Origin: a cyanobacterium endosymbiont of Rhopalodia gibba
GTDB lineage: Bacteria; Cyanobacteriota; Cyanobacteriia; Cyanobacteriales; Microcystaceae
NCBI GenBank assembly: GCA_045159875.1
Contig: CP067995.1
Coordinates: forward strand, 2,304,001 to 2,368,000
Reading direction: 5' to 3'
Length of the DNA: 64,000 nucleotides
Shown here: positions 12,985 to 25,209 of the stretch, piece by piece
Position numbering within the stretch: the first letter of the stretch is position 1
Layout: the number at the start of each line of letters is the position of its first letter
Program-made: the position numbers and the translations under genes
The notes under the pieces: model-generated
What the model saw: the letters and a program-made list of their open reading frames with translations, nothing else
What the model was told of the DNA's origin: nothing
The model's database searches: none

Positions 12985-13771
12985 AGATTTGAGGCACAAA
13001 AGCAGGCATAACAGGATTTTCTAAACTACCAATTCCTTCAATTTCAACCCTAATTTTATCTCCTACTTTGACCGGACCGACCCCTTCTGGTGTTCCTGTA
13101 AAAACTACATCCCCTGGCATTAAGGTCATAATATGGGAGATATAAGAAACTACAGCCTGCGGTGAAAAAACCATCTCATGAATTAACGCTGATTGTCTAG
13201 GCTCAGGATCGTCATTGACAAAAGTCTGTATTCTAGCTCCTGCACTTAATTCTCGCACAATCCAGGGACCGAGGGGACAGAAGCTATCAAACCCTTTAGC
13301 TCTTGTCCACTGATCATCTTTTTTTTGTAGATCCCGGGCGGTAACATCATTGGCAATAGTATATCCCCAGATTTTGGTACGAGCTTGTTGAGGGGAACAA
13401 TTTTTAGTAATCTCCCCCATCACTAGAGCCAATTCCCCCTCATAGTCAACCCGCTGGGACTGAGGAGGATAGTAAATCGGCTGACTATCAGGAGTTAAGG
13501 TTGAAGGTGGCTTAAGAAATAATAAAGGTTCTTGGGGAACCATATTACCAAGTTCAGCAGTATGGGCACGGTAATTTCTCCCGACTGCTATGATTTTGGA
13601 AGGAAAACAAGGGGCCAACAGGTGATAATTATCAGCCCCTATGATAATATCAGTCATTTGTCCACCTTGCCAGGGAGCAGCATTTAAAACTGTCACTGTG
13701 CGGTTGGGATTAAGGGAGCCGTAGTGGATTTTTCCTTGAGCCGTTTTGACTCTAACATAGCGTTGCGCCAT
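12944..13771 (-). CDS. Fumarylacetoacetate hydrolase family protein
   Basis: KIIAVGRNY, EPLLFLKPPS, VDYEGEL, NDVTARDLQ, AKGFDSFCPLGP, TGTPEGVG motifs. Confidence 0.93.
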   Translation of the reverse strand: MAQRYVRVKTAQGKIHYGSLNPNRTVTVLNAAPWQGGQMTDIIIGADNYHLLAPCFPSKIIAVGRNYRAHTAELGNMVPQEPLLFLKPPSTLTPDSQPIYYPPQSQRVDYEGELALVMGEITKNCSPQQARTKIWGYTIANDVTARDLQKKDDQWTRAKGFDSFCPLGPWIVRELSAGARIQTFVNDDPEPRQSALIHEMVFSPQAVVSYISHIMTLMPGDVVFTGTPEGVGPVKVGDKIRVEIEGIGSLENPVMPAFVPQISSNELGNMPPQKS

Positions 13772-13947
13772 AGCAGTATACAGTATACGGTCAGTTAAAT
13801 AGATTTAAGTCGATGGGGTAACAGATATACTAGCGTTAAATCTTTTAATCGTAGTATGATCTTATCTGGATCTGTTCAAAAGACTTCCCTTGCTTCTCAA
13901 TCCTAAAGCCATAGAGAAGCCAATTTGTCCACAAGGAGATTACCGTT

Positions 13948-14304
13948 ATGAATGAAAGTTACGAAATGTTATACATTATGCGCCCCAGTTTATCAGAAGA
14001 GCAGGTGCAGCAAGAAGTGAGTAAATATGAAGATTTTTTGAAAAAGTACAATGTAATCGATCTCCAAACCAAGATTTGGGGTAAACGGCGGTTAGCTTAT
14101 CCAATTCAACGGTACTTTGATGGAATTTATGTTCAAATGAACTACCAGGGTGAAGGGATTCAAGTAGCTCCCTTAGAGCGAGCCATGCGCTTAAGTGAAG
14201 AAGTAATTCGCTATTTAACTATTAAAGTTAAGAAAGTTGCGTTAAAAGAGCTAGATGCCGAGGTTGGAGCTGAAGAAGAACTAGAACAATCTGTTGACAG
14301 TTAA
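13948..14304 (+). CDS. rpsF: 30S ribosomal protein S6
   Basis: [46 protein letters not shown]. Confidence 0.97.
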   Translation: MNESYEMLYIMRPSLSEEQVQQEVSKYEDFLKKYNVIDLQTKIWGKRRLAYPIQRYFDGIYVQMNYQGEGIQVAPLERAMRLSEEVIRYLTIKVKKVALKELDAEVGAEEELEQSVDS

Positions 14305-14614
14305 AATCTTACGGGGTAGTTGAGGAGACAAAACCCGTACATATGGGTCAGGGGCAATCTATCCCGAATTTGTGGTTAATCCTCTGGCTCAATACTCTTC
14401 CAATATTTTAACTATTAAGCAGTGTCCATCTCAAAAACCTTGTGTTAAAATCGATACGCCTATAAAATTTGTTTATCAAGTAGTTTGTTGTTGTAATTAT
14501 TAGAACAACTAGCAAAGTTCTTGAGGTAAGTCTGTTTTAAAGTAATTCTGTTGCCTATCTGACAAACCTCACAGAAAACCCATTGAACATATTCATCAGG
14601 AGCAGTCTGTACTA

Positions 14615-14752
14615 ATGGACTATTTGGAGAGAGTTCTGGAAAAGCTCAAAGAATGGGCGCAAAAGTTGATTGAGACGTTACTCGGTCCGCAAGCTGAGCC
14701 TGAACCTGAGCTGCTCCCTGTCCCTGTCAACGATCCACAGCACCGCCGTTAG
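14615..14752 (+). CDS. atpT: 45-aa small protein resembling AtpTheta (Norf1), cyanobacterial F0F1 ATP synthase inhibitor
   Basis: Not in ORF track. AGGAG at 14598, ATG at 14615, MDYLERVLEKLKEWAQKLIETLLGPQAEPEPELLPVPVNDPQHRR*; amphipathic N-terminal helix plus Pro/Glu-rich tail. Family call is from memory. Confidence 0.75.
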   Translation: MDYLERVLEKLKEWAQKLIETLLGPQAEPEPELLPVPVNDPQHRR

Positions 14753-14768
14753 GCACGGTTGGTCTAAA

Positions 14769-15233
14769 GTGTATTCTGAAACTTTTAGGCGACTTAATGT
14801 TTTGGTTCTTCACGGTCCTAATCTAAATCTATTAGGAAAACGGGAACCACTTGTTTACGGCTCTGTCACTTTGGATAGTATAAACTGCCTTCTAACAGAG
14901 GAGGCTAACAGTCTTGGCTGTAGTCTAGAATGTATGCAATCCAACCACGAGGGAGTTTTAGTGGATGCTATTCATGATTCTTCGGATAAATACCAAGGGA
15001 TCATTATTAATGCCGGAGCCTACACCCACACTAGCATTGCCATCAGAGATGCTCTATCTGCAGTAAGAGTCCCTACTGTTGAAGTTCATATGAGTAATAT
15101 TTATAAGCGGGAAGATTTTCGTCATCATTCTTATATTGCTGCTGTTGTTATCGGACAGATTAGTGGTTTTGGTGTGCAGAGTTATAAATTAGGATTATAC
15201 GCTTTGGTTGACATTCTTAGGAGTGGGAAGTGA
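14769..15233 (+). CDS. aroQ: Type II 3-dehydroquinate dehydratase
   Basis: LHGPNLNLLGKREP..YG, QSNHEG, INAGAYTHTSIAIRDA, VEVHMSN..KREDFRHHS; GTG at 14769 is the likely start. Confidence 0.96.
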   Translation: MYSETFRRLNVLVLHGPNLNLLGKREPLVYGSVTLDSINCLLTEEANSLGCSLECMQSNHEGVLVDAIHDSSDKYQGIIINAGAYTHTSIAIRDALSAVRVPTVEVHMSNIYKREDFRHHSYIAAVVIGQISGFGVQSYKLGLYALVDILRSGK

Positions 15234-16128
15234 AGGAATTTTTTCTGTAGGACAAGAACAGTACTGACTATTTTCCGTTAGTTTATAGTGAAAACGGGGT
15301 TTATGGGAAATAATGAAGTCAATTTATTGCGACTGTTAGCGAGATTAAACCTTCAAGCTTCGAACTACTCTTGAGACGGCTGTACTATTGATGAGTAGCC
15401 GAAGATAAATTAGGTAAGAATCGTTAAATCTTAACAGAATATGTACAAGATTTTAGAGTAGTAAGTGCTGTTTGTAATAGTCGCCTGTTAGATAACATTG
15501 TCAATTAACAACCCAATTATAGGTAGTATTTGGATTTAGACACCCAAATCAGACTCTTATAGTAAAAATGTTCTTGATATGGCTCAAAAAAATGCAGTAG
15601 ATTGTCAATTTAATATCACAGTTGCTAAAAGTTATAAGAAAAATTTTAATTGACACAATAAAAATTAAAAATTAATTACAAAAAACAGTATATAATTACA
15701 CAACAGGTAGTGAGTTAGTTATTTTTTATGTGATACTGATGGTAGAAAATATCAAGTAAAAATCAGATAATTCAACTCATTAATTGTCTGCTTTTGTTCG
15801 TCAATCGAAGGAGAATAATAGACTAATTAAAATTAGTCTATAACTTTAAAAATAGTTGTTAGTTAATTTTTTTAGAGATCTATTGTCGCTATGCAAACAA
15901 TAATAGAACTAAAAATAATGATAAATATGAAAAATATCCAAAAACATCATATAAAGTAAGTTTAGTATTAAACATCAAGTAAGAAAACCAAAGAAAAAAA
16001 AATATATAGAAATGACAGTAAGTTTAAATCTAAAAATTAAACAGAAGATCTAGAAAGTGAGTTACTTAAACATAGTTATCTGGATTTTTTTTAATTGAAA
16101 ACAATTGATATTAATAAATAATAATCCA

Positions 16129-16160
16129 CCTAGTTTTTAAGGAAAAACTTAAAAACTAGG
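16129..16160 (-). terminator. Hairpin downstream of lpxD
   Basis: Perfect 13-bp arms cctagtttttaag / cttaaaaactagg, 40 bp past the lpxD stop. Confidence 0.5.
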
Positions 16161-16199
16161 CTATCATAGCATATAAAAAAATAAAATTTTATAGAAAAA

Positions 16200-17249
16200 T
16201 CAACTCCCTTCAATCTTTTTTTGCAGACGTTTTAGGGTTTTGTACATTTCAGGAAGGCGCTTATAGATAGCAGAAACTTTTAGATATAATTTATGAGAAA
16301 CTGCTGGACTACTAGAGACTATTTCTCCTGGGGCGATATCACTAGTAATACCTGTCTGGGCTGTAGCAATAACCCCATCTCCAATGTGAACTTGATTAGC
16401 TACCCCTACCTGTCCAGCTAAAATTACCCCACTTCCCAACCTGATGCTTCCCGCTAAACCAACTTGTCCGGCCAAAGCACAATTTTCGCCAATTTTGCAA
16501 TTATGGGCAACATGGACTAAATTATCCAGCTTGGTATTACGTCCAATACTAGTAGTCCCTACAGCAGGGCGATCAACCGCACTATTACAGCCAATTTCTA
16601 CTCCATCCCCGAGAATTACATAACCTGATTGTTCCATCTTAAACCAACCTTGAGGGGTTGGAACAAATCCAAAACCCTCCGAGCCAATAACTGCTCCACT
16701 ATGAATTACGCAATAAGACCCGATTTGTGTACATTCGTGGATAGTACAGTTAGCATGAAGGATGGTATGACTCCCCAAAAAAACCTGTGGATAAATGACT
16801 ACATTAGGATGAATACAGACTTTGTCACCTATAGTTACATCGTGTTCAATAACGACATGGGGACCAATATAAACATCTTTACCAAGCTTAACAGAGGGAT
16901 CAATAACAGCACTTGGATGAATTCCAGGAGCAGGGTGAAAAGGTTGATAAAACAAATTAATCGCCTGAGCAAACATTAAACGGGGTTCTTTGGTAGCTAT
17001 CCAAGCAATCCCCTTTTCACTGGCTCGATTTTGTAATACCTCATCAAGGGGTAAGATCAGGGCGCTAGCTGCTGTTTTATCAAGCATAGGAGCAAATTTA
17101 TTTCCCTCAATATAGCTGAGTTGTCCTGTTATTGCTTCATCGACGGGGGCGAGTCCAATAATGTTGGGGTTATTATTGGGGTGATTAGTCAAGCTGGAAT
17201 TGATGACTGAGGAATTAAGCTTTTTGGTAATTTCATTGAACTTCATCAT
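16200..17249 (-). CDS. lpxD: UDP-3-O-(3-hydroxyacyl)glucosamine N-acyltransferase
   Basis: Hexapeptide repeats; IHSGAVIGSEGFGF, VEIGCNSAVDRP, TKLDNLVHVAHNC. Confidence 0.96.
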   Translation of the reverse strand: MMKFNEITKKLNSSVINSSLTNHPNNNPNIIGLAPVDEAITGQLSYIEGNKFAPMLDKTAASALILPLDEVLQNRASEKGIAWIATKEPRLMFAQAINLFYQPFHPAPGIHPSAVIDPSVKLGKDVYIGPHVVIEHDVTIGDKVCIHPNVVIYPQVFLGSHTILHANCTIHECTQIGSYCVIHSGAVIGSEGFGFVPTPQGWFKMEQSGYVILGDGVEIGCNSAVDRPAVGTTSIGRNTKLDNLVHVAHNCKIGENCALAGQVGLAGSIRLGSGVILAGQVGVANQVHIGDGVIATAQTGITSDIAPGEIVSSSPAVSHKLYLKVSAIYKRLPEMYKTLKRLQKKIEGS

Positions 17250-17568
17250 TAATTTTCCTTAAAACCTGATTAACTTGAAACCTGATTAAATTTTAGGAAG
17301 TTGTTGGTCATTCTTTTGTAGACCTCTGACGAGGATAATTGTGACAAAGATTTAAGAAAACTTTTAATCAAGTAACTAGACCGAAATGACACCCTATTAT
17401 CCTAAGTTACCTTTAAAAGAAAAAGTTAGTTAACTCAGTAGGCTAAGTCTAGAGTAAGTGATAAGCTGGTTTAGATGTTATCTAAACAATTACTCACCAT
17501 TTATTATCATCGACGATAGATGATCAACAGTGAGCTTTATACCCTTAACAGTACAATTAAAAACACAC

Positions 17569-17799
17569 ATGAAAGTTGGCGATCACGTCCGTGTTATGGC
17601 ATCTACTATTGTTTACCATTACCCCCAGCATAAAAAACAGCCCTTCGATCTCAAAGGGATGGAAGGAGAAATCATTGATATTATCACAAATTGGCAAGGA
17701 AGTCCGGTTAGCAGCAATCTTCCCGTCTTAGTCAAATTTGATAAACGGTTTAAGGCTCATTTTCGAGATCATGAACTAGAAGTGATCAAAGCTGAATAG
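17569..17799 (+). CDS. ftrV: Ferredoxin-thioredoxin reductase variable chain
   Basis: MKVGDHVRV...VYHYPQHKKQPFDLKGMEGEI...SSNLPVLVKFDKRFKAHFRDHELE. Confidence 0.92.
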   Translation: MKVGDHVRVMASTIVYHYPQHKKQPFDLKGMEGEIIDIITNWQGSPVSSNLPVLVKFDKRFKAHFRDHELEVIKAE

Positions 17800-18387
17800 G
17801 CATTTAGCTAAACTTGGGGAGAATAATTTTGAGAAACTTCCCAAAAATCAATCACCTACAGCTTCTGGCGCAGTCATACCTTACTGATAATCCTCTGTTA
17901 CAGCTTTAGCTTAGCGGGAAGTTCTTAGTTGACTAAAAAGTTTTTTCTCCGAATATTTCTTGTCTATGAAAAATCGCTTGTTCAGTCAATCTTAGAAATA
18001 AGAGGAAAGTGTATTAAAGTAGCGAACCTAACCTGGGTTTAGCTTGCCACAAGAATCATTGAACTTAACGCACCCTACTTAATGTTTTTTGGAAAAATGG
18101 TCTTAGGAGTTGCGCATTGATAGATAAACTTAAATATGATAGCTATGAAGATATTAAGATAGTTACTAAGGGTAAAAAGCGGAAAATAAATGAAACAGAG
18201 AAGGTTGTCAAAAGTAATAGATAGTTATCGAAACTTTTATCAGAAAACCAAGAACTAAGTCTCGTAACATGCCTATATGCAAAGTTTTGAGTTAATCTAA
18301 CATATAGATGTGTAGACGTCTCTTGTGTATATCTAAACAAGAGATATCTGATCTAGATTGTTAGTATAGTAGTCTCTAAGTCTGTTA

Positions 18388-19530
<1,143 letters not shown>

Positions 19531-19619
19531 ATATTATTTTGTTCTTCAAGTGACAGTTTATTTGTCTATTTATTCAGTAATACCTTTGGGTTACTAAAAA
19601 CGCTAAAATAATAATTGAT

Positions 19620-20370
19620 AAACCCTTCCTAATAACTACACATTGTTATCATCAGTTGATTTTCCTTAAATTATTTTTTCAATAAATCTCTATGACTCAG
19701 GATCTAGATCTAAACTAGAATGCTTAAAGATTTTCTGATAAACATCCAAAGGATGTTCAGTAATTTTTTCATAAACGATAAGTAGTCCATTAGTTCTGGA
19801 CTGAGTAGCTTTAACAGAAGATTTTACATCAATTGTCCAGGATAAGGACTCTTGTTCATAAACTGTCAAATTTTTCAGATTGTAAACGTATTTTTCAGCT
19901 CATCTTCAGATTACTTTTAACTAAAAAGTTTTTCAGTACAGCACGCCTACCATCAAGCATTAGAAATTTACTTTTACCTTTTACTTTTGATGCAATCACA
20001 CTACAAGGGTGCCGAATAAGATAAACAAAAGAAATATTAGTTTTTTTAAAAAGTTAATTAAGAAGTAAACAAGAGCAATCTTTTAAAAAATGAGCACTGG
20101 AGAGTTATAGGGAGTATACAGATATCTAAAAATACCAGTCAAAATTTTGCGTTGCTAACTAAACGATATATTCAATGTTTCTCTTTTGATAAACAGCTCT
20201 CATTTTTTTATAAAAAAATGAGAGCTGTCGACAAATGGAATAGCTGGTCATAAAGCTTTATATAAGAAAGATAAATTTTCTGCCGAAAAAGAAGTAAATT
20301 AATTGTTTTCTAATTTATTTCAGGTCTATACTAGTATTTTCTAACCCATGAAATAGCTCAAATCGAGAAG
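19620..20370 (-). pseudogene. Sulfotransferase-family pseudogene
   Basis: NISFVYLIRHPCSVIASK (3'-PB-like RxP..S motif) near 19985-20040 and LLIVYEKITEHPLDVYQKIFKH (YE.L..P motif) near 19720-19790. Confidence 0.55.
20193..20228. repeat. Perfect 36-bp palindrome
   Basis: acagctctcattttttta|taaaaaaatgagagctgt, 18-bp arms, no spacer. Confidence 0.95.
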
Positions 20371-20371
20371 C

Positions 20372-20700
20372 AATATCTGTAGAAATATAAAAGAGAAAAG
20401 CCCCGAGTTTTTGAGATTATTCTGCCATAATTGTGGGAGCAATTTCATTGATAAAGGCGAAAGTAACCTTGAACTTACTTTCGCCTTTATCAACAGCAGT
20501 ATGAGAGGCAGCATTGACGATTATATCCGGCTTGATTTCTTGTATTCCCTCGCGAATTGAATTTGGTCAGGTTGAGCTAAATCAATAATTTTGTAGTTTA
20601 TATAGAAGACTTCCCCAATAAGGATTAGAATCTGCTTTAACTCTTGACCTAATTGTCCATCGGTTCCTATTAATAAAACTTTTGATATTAGGTTTTTCAT
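20372..20700 (-). pseudogene. rfbD: Truncated dTDP-4-dehydrorhamnose reductase
   Basis: MKNLISKVLLIGTDGQLGQEL, KPDIIVNAASHTAVDKGES, YISTD, then similarity ends; frameshifted. Confidence 0.85.
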
Positions 20701-20770
20701 TGCAAATCTTAACTCGGAATTGTACGGAGAATAGGGACTCTTTGAAGAGTTGAATATGCTGTCTACCTTC

Positions 20771-21487
20771 TCAAACAGTCCAATAACTCAATTTCCATTC
20801 GTTAGTGTGAAAAACTACTGCTCCTTGATAATTAGGATGTGGTATAAAAAAGGATGTAGTCCAGTTCAACACAGATTGATTGTTGGGTAACTTAAGTAAT
20901 TGAGGAAAGGATTTAAGACAGACTTCTACTTGATCAAGTCCTCCAGCAATTCCTTCTCCTGTAGCTTTTAAATAGGCTTCCTTGGCTGTCCAAAGTTTAA
21001 AAAAAGTTTTTTCCAAATCAGGAGAAGTTAGAAGGCTGATGTGATTATATTCTTGGGAACAGAAAAAACGTTTGGCCAGTTTTTTAGCTTCTAACATAGG
21101 ACGAATATATTCAAGATCAACTCCTATAACGTGATTGCAGGTTACACCGTAAATCGCCAATTCGTGGGAATGAGAAAGGTTGAATTGCAACCTATTTCCC
21201 CTTAATTTATTCTTTAATCGTGGTTTGCCTTCTGAACTATAAGTAAATTCAATTGTGGAAGCCGGGATATTTAAATATCGGCCTAAAATTAGTTTCAGGG
21301 TACCTCTAGCCACAATAAAGCGTCGTTTATGTTTTTCAAAAAGAAACTTTGTAGCTTTTATTTTTTCTTCATGATTAAGTATTTCAAAATACCTATTCAC
21401 TTCTGAATCTGAGACTTTTAGGTGTTGTTTCCATAAGTGAATATCCGATGGATTTAGGGTTAGGCAATTGGGAGACTTAAGCCACAT
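20771..21487 (-). CDS. Sfp/HetI-type 4'-phosphopantetheinyl transferase
   Basis: GKP, FNLSHS, IGVDLE, FFKLWTAKEAYLKATGEG motifs. Confidence 0.93.
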   Translation of the reverse strand: MWLKSPNCLTLNPSDIHLWKQHLKVSDSEVNRYFEILNHEEKIKATKFLFEKHKRRFIVARGTLKLILGRYLNIPASTIEFTYSSEGKPRLKNKLRGNRLQFNLSHSHELAIYGVTCNHVIGVDLEYIRPMLEAKKLAKRFFCSQEYNHISLLTSPDLEKTFFKLWTAKEAYLKATGEGIAGGLDQVEVCLKSFPQLLKLPNNQSVLNWTTSFFIPHPNYQGAVVFHTNEWKLSYWTV

Positions 21488-21520
21488 TAGATATTTGTCA
21501 AAAATTTTACAATTAATAAT

Positions 21521-22430
21521 CTAAGCAATTGAAAGATAGAAGGTAAAGATACTTCCTTTGGCGGATAATAGCTAGTCCAATTCCTGTTCCTCCAGCATGA
21601 CGTGCTCTGGATTTATCTGCACGCCGAAATCTTTCAAAGAGATCGGGTAATTTTTTAGAATTAATACCGATTTCTGTATCAATATAAGATACAAAAACTC
21701 GGTGATTATCGCACCAATACTAAGAGTAAATCTTTAGAAAAGTCTAATTTAATTATTGGACCACTATCAATGATAGTAGCAGAAAGTCTTTCTAGCAAAA
21801 TGATTAAAATTGGCATAAAATTTAAGGGGTTTAGACTAATTAATAAATACACCGCTTCGGCTTAAAAAAGTTTCTGAATATTTCGAATTAATCATTGTAA
21901 ACATCTTGTTTCTTTAAGAGATTTTAAATAAAGTTCTGGAGAGGAGTCAATGTATTTATCAGCTAATTTTTCTAAGTATCCTCTAAGCACTGTTCAAAAA
22001 ATTCTTAATTCATAGATTAAATTACTAATTAATTTTCGCATTTTTTTAAAAAATTTTCTAAAATATCAACCATATAATGAAATCTTTTTTCCAACTAGTT
22101 AAGTACAATAATATTATCTTATCTTATCGTATTTTTTTTGTATTTTCAAATTCACTAGTTTTTGTGTTATATTATTCGTTTTTTATAACTTGTAATGACA
22201 TACAATAATTTATTATTTTTGCAATATGCTCTTTAAAGCAATACCAAATTGTACTATTTTTACAAGTAGTTTAAAATTCTTGTATTAAATAAATAAGTGC
22301 TAATTCAACAGTAAGTAGAGCTCGCTTTTTTATTTCGTTATAGATGGACAATAAACATTCACGGTAAAGATATTTAATCATTTATAATAAGATTTATTAA
22401 GTCTACTATTATGACCAATAAATGGGAGAT
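21521..22430 (-). pseudogene. Sensor histidine kinase pseudogene
   Basis: H-box relic YELRIF*TVLRGYLEKLAD; HATPase relic DTEIGINSKKLPDLFERFRRADKSRARHAGGTGIGLAI then KGSIFTFYL after an internal deletion. Confidence 0.85.
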
Positions 22431-22461
22431 AAATAATTCTTTTACTAAATATTTAGAAGAG

Positions 22462-23165
22462 CTATACATCTTCAAATTTGTATCCTACCCATACGACTGT
22501 TCTAATAAAAATTGGATTAGCGGTATCAATTTATATTTTTTTCTAAATCTTTTAACATGAGTATCTACAACTCTTTCATCTCAAAAAAAATTATACACAC
22601 ATAATTTTTCAATTAGTTAACTGCGACTCCACACACGCCTAGAATGATTCATAAAAATTAACAGCAAATTCAACTCTAATGATGTTAATATAAAATATTT
22701 TTCATAATTTTTCTCTAATTTTCTAATACAAACATGACGATTTAAATTAATCTTTAAATGTTAATTTCGATAAATTTACTTTAGTTGTCCTCCATGTCGT
22801 AAACTACGGCAAATTAAAGACATAACTTTTGCTACTAATTATAGAAGAATAAGTGGTTTAATAAGATAATTATCTGCTCTTATTGATAATCCAATAACTA
22901 GATCAATTTCTTCTCCTTTTGTTGTTAACATTAAGATATATAGAGCTTTAGGAGTTGAAGTTTGACGAATACGGCTACAAACTTCTAAGCTGTCTGATTT
23001 AGATAACATTAAATCGATGGTAGTAACATCGTGTCGCTGTTTTTTAAACATCTCTAAGGCAACGATTACATCGGAAGAAACTTAACAAACAAATAATTGC
23101 ATTTCCAGGTTGTTTAAAATTAATTTAGCAATTTCAGGTTCATTTTTAACAATTAAAATATTCAT
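22462..23165 (-). pseudogene. OmpR-family response regulator pseudogene, upstream partner of the kinase relic
   Basis: MNILIVKNEPEIAKLI..., DLMLSKSDSLEVCSRIRQ, ILMLTTKGEEID..GLSIRADNYLIKP, C-terminal IRTVVWVGYKFEDV*; stops and frameshifts. Confidence 0.85.
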
Positions 23166-23211
23166 GGATAAATATTTAACCTAAAATTTTTTGATTGAAA
23201 ATTGATTAACA

Positions 23212-24195
23212 TTAACTATTCAGTGTTCCAATTAAATACAATAAGGCCATTCGCACAGCGATCCCATTTGTAACCTGTTGTTGAATCAAACTAAACTCTT
23301 GATCGTCCATCAAGTCAGAACTGATTTCTACTCCCCGATTAACTGGACCTGGGTGAAGAACCTTGACCCAGGGTTTACACAACTTAAGACGATCACGGGT
23401 AATACCATAATGTTGATGATACTCTCGTAAACTGGGTAACAAATGATCTATCATTCGTTCTTGTTGTAAGCGCAAAGTTATGACAAAGTCAGCTTCGATT
23501 AAGGCGGGTTCAATGTCCCAATGTAAACATAATTGATCGCTTTCCAATTTTGTCACCATCTGAAGAAAAGATTGGGGAAGCAATGTAGGGGGTCCGGCTA
23601 GATGGACCTTAGCCCCAGCCTTGGTTAAACTCCAGATATTAGAACGGGCAACCCGTGAATGTAAAATATCTCCTACAATGGCGATTTTTTTACCTTTTAA
23701 AAGTTCTGTCCTAGGGTTATCAAAATCAAGGAAAGAACATAAAGTAAATAAATCTAATAATCCCTGAGAAGGATGTTCATGTTGACCATCTCCTCCATTG
23801 AGAACACAGACCCCCGTTTCTAAAAAGTCCATTTCTGCCGCAATCGCTTGAGGAACACCGGCTTGTTTATGGCGAATAACCATAATATCTGTTCCCATCG
23901 CCAGATAAGTTTTAGCTGTGTCAAAAATGGTCTCTCCTTTAGTTAAAGAAGAACTTCCAGGGGAAAAATTAAGGATGTCTGCCGAAAGACGTTTGGCAGC
24001 TAATTCAAAACTACTGCGGGTACGGGTAGAAGGTTCAAAAAACATATTGGTCACCACCTGTCCCTGAAGGGCTGGAACCTTTTTAGTGCGTCGAGATAAA
24101 ACCTCTCGGAAACTAGAGGCAGTTTGTAGAAGGATATCGTATTCCTCAATTATCCAATCAGCCAACCCTAAAATATGATGTCGAGTCCAATTCAT
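23212..24195 (-). CDS. pyrB: Aspartate carbamoyltransferase catalytic subunit
   Basis: [46 protein letters not shown]. Confidence 0.97.
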   Translation of the reverse strand: MNWTRHHILGLADWIIEEYDILLQTASSFREVLSRRTKKVPALQGQVVTNMFFEPSTRTRSSFELAAKRLSADILNFSPGSSSLTKGETIFDTAKTYLAMGTDIMVIRHKQAGVPQAIAAEMDFLETGVCVLNGGDGQHEHPSQGLLDLFTLCSFLDFDNPRTELLKGKKIAIVGDILHSRVARSNIWSLTKAGAKVHLAGPPTLLPQSFLQMVTKLESDQLCLHWDIEPALIEADFVITLRLQQERMIDHLLPSLREYHQHYGITRDRLKLCKPWVKVLHPGPVNRGVEISSDLMDDQEFSLIQQQVTNGIAVRMALLYLIGTLNS

Positions 24196-24449
24196 GTTAG
24201 TCGGTTTGATTTAGATAAATTGTGAGTTTTGACCGAGATGCGAGGGGCAACCAATCAACAACTATGCTACTGTATTGTCTTCGCTAACTCTACTAATTTT
24301 TCCTAAAAAGAGTCTTATAACAGATTCAACTTAATAGTTGAATATTTTTTAAACTCCCTACAGACTTTGATAATCGAAACAGTTAAAATGACAGAAGCTT
24401 AAACCCTATCTTGTATTTATTAAAAATAATTATCAATAGTCAATATATA

Positions 24450-25094
24450 ATGATATTCACAGATATCTTACCTACACTCCTGTTAGCTTTAGTCTTGAGT
24501 TGTTTATCTTTGTCACCAGTGTTGTCCGAAGACACCGTAAATTTAACAGAAATTAAACTGAGCAATCGCTCCCTAATATCTCCAGAAACAGGGATAGACT
24601 ATACACCCCTACAAGATCGTTTACAACAACAACAATGGCAAGAGGCTAACGAAACCAGTACCTACCTAATACTTAAGGCTGTTAACCGAGACGAACAAGG
24701 ATGGATGTCCGGTAAAGATGTGGTTCAATTGGCTTGTTGGGACTTAAAAACTCTTGATGGTTTATGGAAAGAATATTCCCAAGGAAAATTTGGCTTTAGC
24801 GTTCAATTTCCTATCTTTATTGACACTGGAAATAAACCTGGAAAATTAGTAGCCAGTTATTTCTATGACGATTTTGGGACGCGAGTAGGATGGCGTAAAG
24901 ACGATCAATGGATCGCCTTCAAGCACAACTTAATTTATAGCCTAGATGCTCCGATTGGTCATCTTCCAAACCCCCGATTAGAATACCAAATTACTGGAGG
25001 GCAACTGAACTACACAGCCCTAAGCCAAAGGATGGTAGAGTGTAGACTTGTTTCTCCTACTTTTCCGACAAGACGGACTTACAACTCTAACTAA
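24450..25094 (+). CDS. GUN4-domain protein with N-terminal signal peptide
   Basis: Hydrophobic leader then GIDYTPLQ..L.QQQWQEAN.ET, DLKTLDGLW..YSQGKFGFSVQ, VGWR, APIGHLP. Confidence 0.85.
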   Translation: MIFTDILPTLLLALVLSCLSLSPVLSEDTVNLTEIKLSNRSLISPETGIDYTPLQDRLQQQQWQEANETSTYLILKAVNRDEQGWMSGKDVVQLACWDLKTLDGLWKEYSQGKFGFSVQFPIFIDTGNKPGKLVASYFYDDFGTRVGWRKDDQWIAFKHNLIYSLDAPIGHLPNPRLEYQITGGQLNYTALSQRMVECRLVSPTFPTRRTYNSN

Positions 25095-25209
25095 ACGACT
25101 ATCCTAGTCGAAGAAAGCGCAACAAGCTCTAGACTCAAAAATTTTGAGAATTGACAGACATCCCCTTTTTAATTATATCCAAACAATTTTGGGCAAAAAA
25201 TCAACATAG

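Noticed and set aside
14670..14768. 33-aa N-terminal extension of AroQ in the ORF track
   Set aside because: It is an alternative frame over the small atpT-like gene; AroQ similarity begins after GTG 14769.
17820..18120. Protein-like minus-strand fragments after ftrV (similar cases at 1850-2900, 32200-33350, 38500-39600)
   Set aside because: Probably pseudogenes, but I could not assign a family from the sequence alone.
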